DNA of 64,000 nucleotides from Alphaproteobacteria bacterium (GTDB lineage Bacteria; Pseudomonadota; Alphaproteobacteria; SMXP01): NCBI GenBank assembly GCA_028285305.1, contig JANQPV010000004.1, positions 41,685 to 105,684 of the forward strand, read 5' to 3'. Shown piece by piece: positions 39,941 to 49,350 of this stretch (position 1 is its first letter; each line of letters starts with the position of its first letter). The notes under the pieces were generated by a model. It saw only the letters and a program-made list of their open reading frames with translations, ran no database searches and was not told where the DNA came from. The position numbers and the translations under genes were made by a program.

Positions 39941-42900
39941 TGACCTATCCGACGGACATCTTCATCCATAGGCCGGTTCTCGCCCTCGTATTGGCGGCGA
40001 TCATGTTGCTGCTGGGCTTGCAGGCGGGATCCCAATTGACGCTCAGGGAATATCCCGAGGTTGAGAAAAGCGTTATCTATGTCCGCGCGGCTTACCCGGG
40101 GGCAAGCGCGGAAACCGTTCAAGGTTTTGTCACTACGCCGCTTCAGCGCCGCATTGCGGCAGCCAAGGGCGTCGAATATGTCACCTCAGAGAGCAATCCC
40201 GGCCAATCTGAAATCCAGGTCTGGGTCCGGCTTGGCGAAAACTCAACCGATGTACTGGCGGAAGTGATCACGAAGGTCAATGAAGCCCGCTTTGAATTGC
40301 CCCAAGAGGTCGAAGATCCGGTGGTCACGAACCGGACCGGCGGCGACGCCATGATGTACTTGGCCCTCCTAAGCGATGAAATGTCAGTTCAGCAAATTGC
40401 CGACTATGGCATGCGCTCCATTCAGCCGGTCCTCAGCACAGTCGAAGGTGTGGGCGAGGCTCGACTACTTGGCAGTGGCATGTTCGCCATGAGGGTCTGG
40501 CTGAACCCGGCAAAAATGGCGGCTTTCGGCGTAACTGCCATCGACATAAACGATGCCATTCGCCGCGACAATTATATCTCCGCGGCGGGGACAACGCGCG
40601 GCGAACTCGTGCGCGCAAGCGTAGACGCCGCGACTGACCTGCAAGATCCTGAAACGTTTGCCGGGATCGTGGTCAGGCAGGATGGCGACCAGCGGATCAG
40701 ATTAGGCGACGTTGCCAACGTGGAATTGGCCAGCGAGACGTATGAATCCGCCGTTTACTCCAGCGGCAAAGAAACCGTGTTCATCGCCATCACCGAGGCG
40801 CCTGGGGCAAATCCTCTGGAGATGGCGGGGAACGTGAAGGAAAAAATCAAAGAGCTGAATGAGCAGCTCCCCGCCGACATGTCCATCTTCATGGACTCCG
40901 ATCTTTCCATCTACATAAGCGAGGCTCTAGAGGAAGTCATCCGTACCTTGATTGAAGCCTCGATCATCGTAGTACTCGTCATTCTTATGTTTCTCGGCTC
41001 GCTCCGAGTTGTCGCCATCCCCATCGTCGCCATTCCTCTGTCGTTGATCGGCGTACTCTTTCTCATTTGGACGATGGGTTTTTCCATCAACTTGCTCACG
41101 TTATTGGCCATGGTCATTGCCATCGGCCTAGTCGTAGACGATGCGATCGTCGTGGTCGAAAACGTTCACCGGCATATTGAAGATGGCAAACAACCGAAGG
41201 ACGCGGCAATCATCGGTGTACGTCAGGTAGCGTTGCCGGTCGTGGCCATGACTCTAACGCTGGTGGCGGTCTACCTCCCCATCGGTTTTCTGGGCGGGCT
41301 CACGGGCGTCTTGTTTAGCGAATTCGCCTTGACGCTCGCGGGTGCCGTCGTAATCTCGGGTATGGTGGCGCTGGTGCTTTCTCCAATGATGTGCGCGTAC
41401 ATCCTTAAAGATCACGCCCACCAAGGGCGCGCCGCAGATTGGCTGGATGCGCGCTTCGAGAGCTTGCTTCGGCGCTATCAAGGCTTGCTCAGCCGCTGCC
41501 TCAACAATCGCGGCGCAGTCATGCTGTTTGCGGTGACTATTTTTATGAGTCTTCCGGTTCTCTATCAGCTGTCGCAAAAGGAATTGGCTCCCGAGGAAGA
41601 CAGCGGCGGTATATTTGCGCTCGCCACGCCTCCCGATTATGGCAGCTTGGAGTACACAACCTACTTTCTCGATCAAATGGTGGAGGCTTGGCGTACAGTT
41701 CCCGAAGTGAGCCATTCCTGGCAAGTCAACGAACCGACATCCGTGTTTGGGGGGCTGGAGCTCGTGCCCTGGTCTGAACGGGAGCGTTCCCTCGAAGAGA
41801 TTCGCCAGGAGGTGCAGAGCAAATACGATAAGATCAGCGGACTAGAAATATTTACATTCGCATCGGGCGGCCTCCCCGGTGCCTCGTCCGGCTTGCCTGT
41901 TCAATTTGTAATCTCCGCGAACGTCGGTTACCGCGAACTGGACAGAGTGGCCGAAGAGGTTCTCGCCAAAGCCCGGCAGTCGGGTGTCTTTGCTTTCGTG
42001 AACAAGGATTTGCGGTTTTCCCGGCCTGAGGTCCAAGTGGGGATTGACCGGGAACTAGCCGCTCGCCTTGGCATTTCAATGGAGGCAATCGGTGAAACCC
42101 TACAGATCATGCTCGGCGAAGCAGAAACCAATCGCTTCAGCATTGAAGGCCGAAGCTACAAAGTCATACCCCAGGCCGATCGCGGATTTCGTCTGACCAA
42201 AGAATGGTTGGAACGGTACTACGTTCGCACGTCGGAGGGGTCTTTGGTCCCGTTGAGCACAGTCGTGACGCTGGGAAAAACGGTCCAGCCAAATACGCTC
42301 AAGCAGTTCCAGCAGCTCAACAGCGTTACAATTCAAGGCTTTGTTCTACCGCCCCGCTCACTGGGGGACGGTCTCACTTTCCTTGAGGAGGCGCTGTACG
42401 AGGTCGCGCCGACAGGCTACCGGGTCGGCTATGAGGGCGAATCGAGGCGCTTTATCCAGGAAAGCCGCGGCTTCTTGCTTTTGTTCGCCACGTCGCTCGT
42501 CTTTATTTACTTGGTCTTATCGGCGCAGTTTAACAGTTTTCGCGATCCGTTCATCGTATTGATCAGTGTGCCACTCTCGATCTTCGGGGCTCTTGTACCT
42601 CTCGCCCTGGGGATGGCCACACTCAACATCTACACACAAGTGGGATTGCTGACCCTGATTGGGCTGATTAGCAAGCATGGCATCCTCATTGTGGATTTCG
42701 CCAACAAACGCCTTGCCGATGGTGTTGATCGCAAGGCCGCTATACTGGAGGCGGCCGGTCTTCGGCTTCGGCCCATACTGATGACCACCTTCGCGACGGT
42801 TCTGGGCGTGGTGCCACTGTTGATGGCGGCCGGTGCCGGTGCGAACTCGCGGTTCGCCATCGGTCTGATGATCGCGGCAGGTATGCTGGTCGGAACTTTG

Positions 42901-43005
42901 TTCACACTCTTTGTGCTGCCGACTTTCTATCTCTTGATCGGGCGCCGGACTGCCAGAACCACGGCAGGCACCGAAAACACAGCATTGGAACCGGTTGTCC
43001 GTTAA
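39940..43005 (+). CDS. RND family efflux transporter permease (AcrB/MexB-like)
   Basis: 1021 aa, 12-TM RND architecture. The start overlaps the adaptor stop (ATAATGA). Confidence 0.9.
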   Translation: MTYPTDIFIHRPVLALVLAAIMLLLGLQAGSQLTLREYPEVEKSVIYVRAAYPGASAETVQGFVTTPLQRRIAAAKGVEYVTSESNPGQSEIQVWVRLGENSTDVLAEVITKVNEARFELPQEVEDPVVTNRTGGDAMMYLALLSDEMSVQQIADYGMRSIQPVLSTVEGVGEARLLGSGMFAMRVWLNPAKMAAFGVTAIDINDAIRRDNYISAAGTTRGELVRASVDAATDLQDPETFAGIVVRQDGDQRIRLGDVANVELASETYESAVYSSGKETVFIAITEAPGANPLEMAGNVKEKIKELNEQLPADMSIFMDSDLSIYISEALEEVIRTLIEASIIVVLVILMFLGSLRVVAIPIVAIPLSLIGVLFLIWTMGFSINLLTLLAMVIAIGLVVDDAIVVVENVHRHIEDGKQPKDAAIIGVRQVALPVVAMTLTLVAVYLPIGFLGGLTGVLFSEFALTLAGAVVISGMVALVLSPMMCAYILKDHAHQGRAADWLDARFESLLRRYQGLLSRCLNNRGAVMLFAVTIFMSLPVLYQLSQKELAPEEDSGGIFALATPPDYGSLEYTTYFLDQMVEAWRTVPEVSHSWQVNEPTSVFGGLELVPWSERERSLEEIRQEVQSKYDKISGLEIFTFASGGLPGASSGLPVQFVISANVGYRELDRVAEEVLAKARQSGVFAFVNKDLRFSRPEVQVGIDRELAARLGISMEAIGETLQIMLGEAETNRFSIEGRSYKVIPQADRGFRLTKEWLERYYVRTSEGSLVPLSTVVTLGKTVQPNTLKQFQQLNSVTIQGFVLPPRSLGDGLTFLEEALYEVAPTGYRVGYEGESRRFIQESRGFLLLFATSLVFIYLVLSAQFNSFRDPFIVLISVPLSIFGALVPLALGMATLNIYTQVGLLTLIGLISKHGILIVDFANKRLADGVDRKAAILEAAGLRLRPILMTTFATVLGVVPLLMAAGAGANSRFAIGLMIAAGMLVGTLFTLFVLPTFYLLIGRRTARTTAGTENTALEPVVR

Positions 43006-43188
43006 CCCCACGTTAAGAACGCTTTCCAAAATCTTTAAGAGAATTTTAGAGGCTTCTCTTAGGCTCAGCGAACGGTAGACGAATACGCTGAGTTGACGGC
43101 ACAAACATGGCCTAGCGAGTTTGGGCGAGAATGTCTGTGTTTCCTGAGTGAAACCTGGTGCACCAGCGTGAAGTACGAGAGAGTGTAA

Positions 43189-46011
43189 GTGGCCGATACG
43201 TATATCATCCCCTCTGAAGACGACGAAATAAACGATCTTCTAGACGACGAGGTTCATGCCACATTCGCCGATCCTGGAACGGACGCGGCGCCGACACGGC
43301 CCCAGGTCGAGAACGTCCATTATGGCGCAGCCAACGACATCGCCCCTTCGCAAGCTGGTATTCCTGCGGGCCTAACGGAAACGCCAGAGACGGAGCCTCA
43401 ACAAGACCAAACTCCGCCCCCGGATCGCCCAACGCAAGAACAGACTGGAGCGGAGCAATCCTCGACATTCGACGATGACGGGAAGAGTCCTGAGGCGAAC
43501 CCTCAGACCGATCGTTCGGATCTCAGCGGTGCACTCAGCGAGACAAACGCGATCGCACCCCAAGGCGCAAGCGAGTTGCCCGAATGGAATCAAGGACTCA
43601 CGGAACCTCCAGAAATGATTTCAAGCGGCGAGCCCGAAACAGCCGAGACGCAGTTTAAGGACATGACGGAAGATCTGAGCAATGTTCCGCTGCCGGAAGA
43701 GCGCTTGGATGCGTCCGCCCAAGAGCCGGAAGGCAGGATCTCCGATCCTGCAAACGGGTTCTTCTCCGGAACTGTTTCGGAATACAAATTTGATGTGGCG
43801 GACACGGGCCAGCTTCTTGTTACCGATTTAGTGCCGGGGCGCGACGGCCAGATTGCGCTGGATAGCACACTGGAACTCGACTTTGCGGACGGATTTTTCT
43901 CCTCTGAAGTCGGCACCCAAGGCAATGACAGGCGTCTTGTGGGCGGCGATGGACGCGAAGTGCTGGTCGGCGGCCTGGGAAACGATCGCCTCTACGGCGG
44001 CGCGGACAATGATGTCCTCGAAGGCGGTGCAGGCAGAGATAGGCTCTATGGCCAAGACGGCGCCGATGAACTCCGTGGCGGCGCAGGCAATGACATCCTT
44101 TATGTGGATGCGGACGATACCCTCATCGACGGCGGCGAGGGTGTTGACCGAGTGATCGTTCAGGACACCCGCGATTATTCTCTCGATCTGGCGGCGGCAA
44201 GTGTGGAGCGCGTGGACTCCGGCGCCGGGAATGACCGTCTGGATGCGTCGGCTTCGACGGTCAACACGACCATATTAGGCAAGGACGGCGAAGATACCTT
44301 GCTGGGCGGTGCCGCCAACGATCGGCTGTATGGCGGCGCAGACAACGATGTCTTAGAAGGCGGTGCAGGCAGAGATCGGCTCTATGGTCAAGACGGCGCC
44401 GATGAACTTCGTGGCGGCGCAGGCAACGACACCCTTTATGTAGATGCGGACGACACCCTCATTGACGGCGGTGAGGGTGTTGATCGAGTCATCGTTCAAG
44501 ACACAGACGATTTCACTCTTGATGTGGGCGCCGCGAATGTAGAACGCGTAGACGCAAACGCGGGCAACGATCGCCTAGATGCCTCAACCTCCACTGTCAA
44601 CACGACGCTGTTGGGCAAAGATGGCGAAGACGCCTTGATTGGCGGTGCAGCCAACGATCGGCTGTATGGCGGTGCCGACAATGACACGATCGAGGGCGGC
44701 GATGGCAAGGACCGACTTTATGGTCAAGCTGGCGCCGATGAGCTTCGCGGTGGGGCGGGAAACGACACCCTTTATGTAGATGCGGAAGATACGCTGATTG
44801 AAGGAGGCGAGGGTATTGACCGGGTCATCGTCCAGGACACCCAGGACTTCTCTCTCGATCTGGCGGCGGCGGGCGTAGAGCGCGTAGACTCGGGGGCAGG
44901 GAATGATCGCCTGGACGCCTCGGCCTCAACCGCCAACACGACCATATTGGGCAAGGGCGGCGAAGATGTTTTGCTGGGCGGTTTTGCCAACGACCGCTTG
45001 TATGGCGGCGCCGACAACGACACGATTTCAGGTGGAGATGGAAAGGACCGTTTGTATGGCCAAGCCGGCGCCGATGAATTGCGCGGTGGGGCCGGAAACG
45101 ACACCCTTTATGTGGATGCGGACGATACGGTGATCAATGGGGGCACGGGTGTTGACCGGGTCATTGTCCAGGACACCAGGAACTTTTCTCTCGATTTGGC
45201 CGCAGCCGAGGTGGAGCGCGTGGACTCCGGCACGGGTAATGATCGCCTGGACGCCTCGGCTTCGACCGTCAACACGACCATATTAGGCAAGGACGGCGAC
45301 GATACGTTGCTGGGTGGTTCCGCCAACGATCGGCTCTACGGGGGGGCCGATAACGACGTGATCGATGGCGGAGAGGGCAAAGACCGCTTGTATGGTCAAG
45401 CCGGCGCAGACGAACTGCGCGGTGGCGCCGGCAACGACACCCTTTATGTAGATGCGGACGATACGGTGATCGACGGCGGTACCGGAGTGGACCGGGTGAT
45501 CGTTCAAGACACAAGAGACTTTACGCTAGATGTGGCCCAAGCCAATGTGGAGCGCGTCGATGCGGGCGCGGGCAATGACCATCTGGACGCTTCCGGTGCG
45601 GCTGAAAGGACAACTCTTTTGGGCAAAGGAGGCGAAGACGTTCTTATTGGCGGCACCGCGAACGATCGCCTCTACGGCGGTGATGGCAACGACGTACTCG
45701 ACGGCGGAGCCGGAAACGACCGCATGTTGGGTGGGGCCGGCGACGACACGTTTGTCATCGCCAAAGGCGACGGGAATGATCGCGTCAACGGAGGCGCTGG
45801 CGGACAAGATACAATTGAAATGGATCCGTATTTCGTGTTTGGGAATCCGGGGTCCAGCGAGAGTTGGACGGTTGCTGTGGACGGCGGCCCCACCCATATT
45901 ATCACTGACGCAAGCGGCTTTTTGGATCTGGGTGCGGATACCTCCGGCAGGATCGACCTGGATGACGGCACGACCGTGTGGTTCGATGATATCGAGCGGA
46001 TCGAGTGGTAG
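43189..46011 (+). CDS. RTX-type calcium-binding repeat protein (hemolysin-type nonapeptide repeats) with acidic/Pro-rich N-terminal region
   Basis: Dozens of GGxGxDxL/Y nonapeptides (GGAGNDTLY, GGADNDVLE...). 940 aa. No catalytic domain recognised. Confidence 0.75.
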   Translation: MADTYIIPSEDDEINDLLDDEVHATFADPGTDAAPTRPQVENVHYGAANDIAPSQAGIPAGLTETPETEPQQDQTPPPDRPTQEQTGAEQSSTFDDDGKSPEANPQTDRSDLSGALSETNAIAPQGASELPEWNQGLTEPPEMISSGEPETAETQFKDMTEDLSNVPLPEERLDASAQEPEGRISDPANGFFSGTVSEYKFDVADTGQLLVTDLVPGRDGQIALDSTLELDFADGFFSSEVGTQGNDRRLVGGDGREVLVGGLGNDRLYGGADNDVLEGGAGRDRLYGQDGADELRGGAGNDILYVDADDTLIDGGEGVDRVIVQDTRDYSLDLAAASVERVDSGAGNDRLDASASTVNTTILGKDGEDTLLGGAANDRLYGGADNDVLEGGAGRDRLYGQDGADELRGGAGNDTLYVDADDTLIDGGEGVDRVIVQDTDDFTLDVGAANVERVDANAGNDRLDASTSTVNTTLLGKDGEDALIGGAANDRLYGGADNDTIEGGDGKDRLYGQAGADELRGGAGNDTLYVDAEDTLIEGGEGIDRVIVQDTQDFSLDLAAAGVERVDSGAGNDRLDASASTANTTILGKGGEDVLLGGFANDRLYGGADNDTISGGDGKDRLYGQAGADELRGGAGNDTLYVDADDTVINGGTGVDRVIVQDTRNFSLDLAAAEVERVDSGTGNDRLDASASTVNTTILGKDGDDTLLGGSANDRLYGGADNDVIDGGEGKDRLYGQAGADELRGGAGNDTLYVDADDTVIDGGTGVDRVIVQDTRDFTLDVAQANVERVDAGAGNDHLDASGAAERTTLLGKGGEDVLIGGTANDRLYGGDGNDVLDGGAGNDRMLGGAGDDTFVIAKGDGNDRVNGGAGGQDTIEMDPYFVFGNPGSSESWTVAVDGGPTHIITDASGFLDLGADTSGRIDLDDGTTVWFDDIERIEW
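43985..45665 (+). repeat. five diverged tandem copies of a 336-bp (112-aa) unit inside the RTX gene
   Basis: Each unit begins RLYGGADND... and ends ...LLGGAAND. The copies are clearly homologous at nucleotide level but carry many synonymous and conservative changes. Confidence 0.7.
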
Positions 46012-46020
46012 CCTCGAAGT

Positions 46021-46599
46021 CTATCGCCTTAAGGCAATCGCACGGCCTTCAGCAACAATCTGATCGAGAAACAAGGACCGCTTCCCCGGAACAATTTGGT
46101 AACCCGCCCCATCGATGAGCGCGGTCAAGAGCCGGGCGCGCATCTGACATTCGCTCGTTGAGATATCAGGAACCAAGTATCGGATAACGCGTTCAAGCGC
46201 TGCATAATGGTTGGCGTATATCCTATTGTACAGCTCACGGAACACTTTATTGTGCAGTTGCAAGAGAGTTAAAACTGAATAGATCGTCGACCCGCCTTTT
46301 CGCCGCCAGCGTCCCAACAGTTCCCTGATGACGCCTTCGAGGATTTGGTTTTTATCTTTCTGTGTCTCCAAGACTTCGTCGATCGCCAAGACATCGCTTT
46401 GCGATTCGGCTTCAATGACCGCGTAAATAAGGTCTTCTCTTGTTTTGAAGTAGTACTGAAGATTACCCAGTTTCATGTCGCAATAGTGCGAGACGTCACG
46501 CATGATCAAAGCTTCATAGCCGCACTCGACCAGCAAACGACGCGCTTCGCTCAGTATTCGGTCTCTTGTTGAAAGGCCTTTTTCGGTCAGCGTTGACAT
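46021..46599 (-). CDS. TetR family transcriptional regulator
   Basis: HTH LIMRDVSHYCDMKLGNLQYYFKTREDL. Confidence 0.8.
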   Translation of the reverse strand: MSTLTEKGLSTRDRILSEARRLLVECGYEALIMRDVSHYCDMKLGNLQYYFKTREDLIYAVIEAESQSDVLAIDEVLETQKDKNQILEGVIRELLGRWRRKGGSTIYSVLTLLQLHNKVFRELYNRIYANHYAALERVIRYLVPDISTSECQMRARLLTALIDGAGYQIVPGKRSLFLDQIVAEGRAIALRR

Positions 46600-46694
46600 T
46601 TTAAGTTTGCAAACTCCCTTCCCAAGCGCTTATTTAGGTCATTGACATAATAGGTTGTTGACCTATAGTGCAGCAAACACGTTCGGAGGACAAG

Positions 46695-47327
46695 ATGGAT
46701 ATCGTCAAGGTAAGCGAAGCGATGGTGGATAAGTACGCGTCCGAACTACCGGACTTGGCCTATTCCACGGGACCGGTGTCTTATGACTACCACTTTGGCA
46801 CCCGCGCCCTTTTCGATCGGGCCGTTCTCGCCTCCTTTCGTACGCCCGAGACGCTCTTTGGCTGGGACGCCACCCACTTCGCCATGGAAGGAGAAGAAGT
46901 CCTGGGTTTCCTTGTTTCCTACCATGCCCCTGAATTCCGGCAGCGGATCAACGCCTTGGGTCCCGCCTGGCAAGAGTGGATATCCAATGGCGAGGTCAGC
47001 GAGGAAGAGATCGGCGGTTTACTTGAGCGCAGTGATCATGCCCGCTGGCTCAACCCGGAGACCCGCCCTGGCATCTATTACATCCACGCGCTGGCTGTGA
47101 AACCCGAACATCGGGGAAAGCAAATCGGTGTAGCGCTGATCGAACGCGCCATGGAGATCGGCCGGGAAACGAAGTGTGGGGCACTCGAGCTCGACGTACT
47201 CTCGGACAATCCGGCCGTGAACTTCTACCAATCCATGGGGCTGGAACTGCTGGCGGAAACGCGAGCACCCAAACCGATGGAGTATGGCGTTCCGCCGGAG
47301 TTTCGAATGGGGAAGAAACTATCATAA
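46695..47327 (+). CDS. GNAT family N-acetyltransferase
   Basis: HRGKQIGVALI acetyl-CoA motif. Start set at the ATG at 46695 after GGAGGA. Confidence 0.7.
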   Translation: MDIVKVSEAMVDKYASELPDLAYSTGPVSYDYHFGTRALFDRAVLASFRTPETLFGWDATHFAMEGEEVLGFLVSYHAPEFRQRINALGPAWQEWISNGEVSEEEIGGLLERSDHARWLNPETRPGIYYIHALAVKPEHRGKQIGVALIERAMEIGRETKCGALELDVLSDNPAVNFYQSMGLELLAETRAPKPMEYGVPPEFRMGKKLS

Positions 47328-47439
47328 GACAATTCAATTGAAGTACGCCTTGAACGAGAAAGCGGCGTCTGCATGATGCTGTTGAGAATTCAGACAGCGC
47401 CCTTATCAAAAATGCGTCCTTAAAGAGGAGATCGGAAAT

Positions 47440-49329
47440 ATGCATCCACTCGATCCGTGTACGAAACAAGAGCTAACGTCCGCCGTTTCAGCTCTGCGTG
47501 AACAAGGAGATCTCAGCGAGCAAGCGGTCTTCTCCTGCGGCTATGCGGCCGAACCCGAGAAAGACCTGGTCCTGAATTTCGAACCGGGCTCCCCGTACGA
47601 CCGGATCATTCGTCTCATCGGATACGATAAAGCAAAAGGGCGAAGCTTCGATGCCCACGTCTCCGTGACAAAAGGCGAATTGGCATCGTTCACATGGGTT
47701 GAAAATGGCCATTCACCCGTCAATATGAATGACGTCATTGATGTCTATACCGCCATATTTGCCGATGAAGCCTGGCTCGAGGGCTTGAAAAAGCGCGGTA
47801 TCGAAGATCCGTCCCAAGTTCATGTAGAGCCTTGGGTGGCAGGTATACCGCACCCGGATTTTCCCCAGAACGCCCGGGCTTATCGCACCATTGCGTTTCT
47901 TAACTCAGATCCCGAAGGCAACTATTATGCAAAGCCGATCGAAGGCTTGATCGGATGGGTTGATGTGAACACCGGCCAGACAATTGTCGAAGATCACGGT
48001 GTTGTCCCCATTCCCGAAGACTCGGGCGATTATGCGGCCGCCCGCGTGGAAAGGCTGCGTGACGATTTAAGGCCCATCGAAATCACACAGCCCGATGGTC
48101 CAAGCGTCGATGTTGAAGGCCGAATTGTCCGTTGGCAGAAATGGCAATTGCGCGTCAGTGTCCACCCTATCGAAGGCCTTGTTCTTCACGACGTAAGATA
48201 CAATGACGATGGCCGCGAGCGGCCGATCCTCTACCGCGCCGGCCTTTCCGACATGGTCGTCCCGTACGGCGATGCGTCTCCTATGCACTATTGGAAGCAC
48301 GCTTTTGATGCAGGCGAGACCGCCCTCGGCCACATGGCCAACTCCCTGAAGCTGGGCTGTGATTGCCTGGGGGAGATCTATTATTTCGACAATGTTCTCC
48401 TCGGAACAGACGGCGAGCCTTTCGAAATCGAAAATGCTGTGTGTATGCATGAAGAAGATTATGGCATTCTTTGGAAACACACGAATGCCTTCCGTCCGGA
48501 GTCTGACCCGGAAGTCCGTCGTTCCCGGCGTCTTGTCATCTCCATGATCCACACAGTCGGCAACTACGAATACGGCTTCTTCTGGTATTTCTATTTGGAC
48601 GGCACGATTCAAATGGAGATCAAGCTGACGGGCATTGTGGGCGTATCTGCCGTCGCGGACAATGTGGGCAGTGATACGGCCCCGCTTGTGGCTCAGTCGA
48701 TTACCTCTCCCATCCATCAGCACCTCTTCTGTTTCCGCTTGGACTTCAACGTCGACGGCAGCGAGAACTCCGTCTACGAGGTGGATGTAGAGGCAACGCC
48801 CGACGGCCCCCATCCCTATGGGTCCGGCTTCCGTTCCGTCGCACGACTCTTGTCTACGGAACAAGAGGCCCAACGGGAAATCGATCCCACCCGCAGCCGG
48901 GTTTGGCGGATTGTCAATCCGGACGTGAAGAACAAGCTGGGTCAGCCCGTCGGCTACAAACTGCTTCCCCAAGCCTCGCCGACGTCTTTGTGCGGACCGG
49001 ACTCCATTCCCGTAAAGCGCGGCGGGTTTGCGCAGCACAATCTTTGGGTGACGCCGTATTCAGCCGACGAAATGTCAGCGGGTGCGGGTGCCTTCACCAA
49101 TCTCCACACCCGCGATGACGTGGGGCTCCCGTCTTATACGAAGGCCAATCGGTCCATCGAGAATAAGGATCTCGTCGTTTGGCACACATTGGGCGTGACC
49201 CATGTCCCCCGCCCAGAAGATTGGCCCATCATGCCCGTTGAGTATGCTGGATTTACGCTGATGCCGGTCGGGTTTTTCGACAAGAATCCCTCCGTCGACG
49301 TACCGCCAACCAAAGCATGCAAGTCTTAA
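47440..49329 (+). CDS. copper-containing primary amine oxidase (topaquinone enzyme)
   Basis: TPQ consensus NYEY within TVGNYEYGFFWYFYLDG. Cu-ligand His residues downstream. 629 aa. Confidence 0.9.
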   Translation: MHPLDPCTKQELTSAVSALREQGDLSEQAVFSCGYAAEPEKDLVLNFEPGSPYDRIIRLIGYDKAKGRSFDAHVSVTKGELASFTWVENGHSPVNMNDVIDVYTAIFADEAWLEGLKKRGIEDPSQVHVEPWVAGIPHPDFPQNARAYRTIAFLNSDPEGNYYAKPIEGLIGWVDVNTGQTIVEDHGVVPIPEDSGDYAAARVERLRDDLRPIEITQPDGPSVDVEGRIVRWQKWQLRVSVHPIEGLVLHDVRYNDDGRERPILYRAGLSDMVVPYGDASPMHYWKHAFDAGETALGHMANSLKLGCDCLGEIYYFDNVLLGTDGEPFEIENAVCMHEEDYGILWKHTNAFRPESDPEVRRSRRLVISMIHTVGNYEYGFFWYFYLDGTIQMEIKLTGIVGVSAVADNVGSDTAPLVAQSITSPIHQHLFCFRLDFNVDGSENSVYEVDVEATPDGPHPYGSGFRSVARLLSTEQEAQREIDPTRSRVWRIVNPDVKNKLGQPVGYKLLPQASPTSLCGPDSIPVKRGGFAQHNLWVTPYSADEMSAGAGAFTNLHTRDDVGLPSYTKANRSIENKDLVVWHTLGVTHVPRPEDWPIMPVEYAGFTLMPVGFFDKNPSVDVPPTKACKS

Positions 49330-49350
49330 AGCGCGAATAGGGGGATCATA

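Noticed and set aside
43985-45665. Possible CRISPR array (regular ~336-bp periodicity)
   Set aside because: The periodic units are coding, in frame within one large ORF, and encode RTX nonapeptides. There are no short direct repeats with unique spacers and no cas genes.
38843-46011. RND adaptor/permease plus RTX protein as a type I secretion system
   Set aside because: The permease is a 12-TM RND protein, not an ABC exporter, and no TolC-like gene is present. RTX export by this pair is not supported.
48067-49038. 323-aa minus-strand ORF
   Set aside because: Antisense to the copper amine oxidase gene, whose TPQ motif and length are unambiguous.
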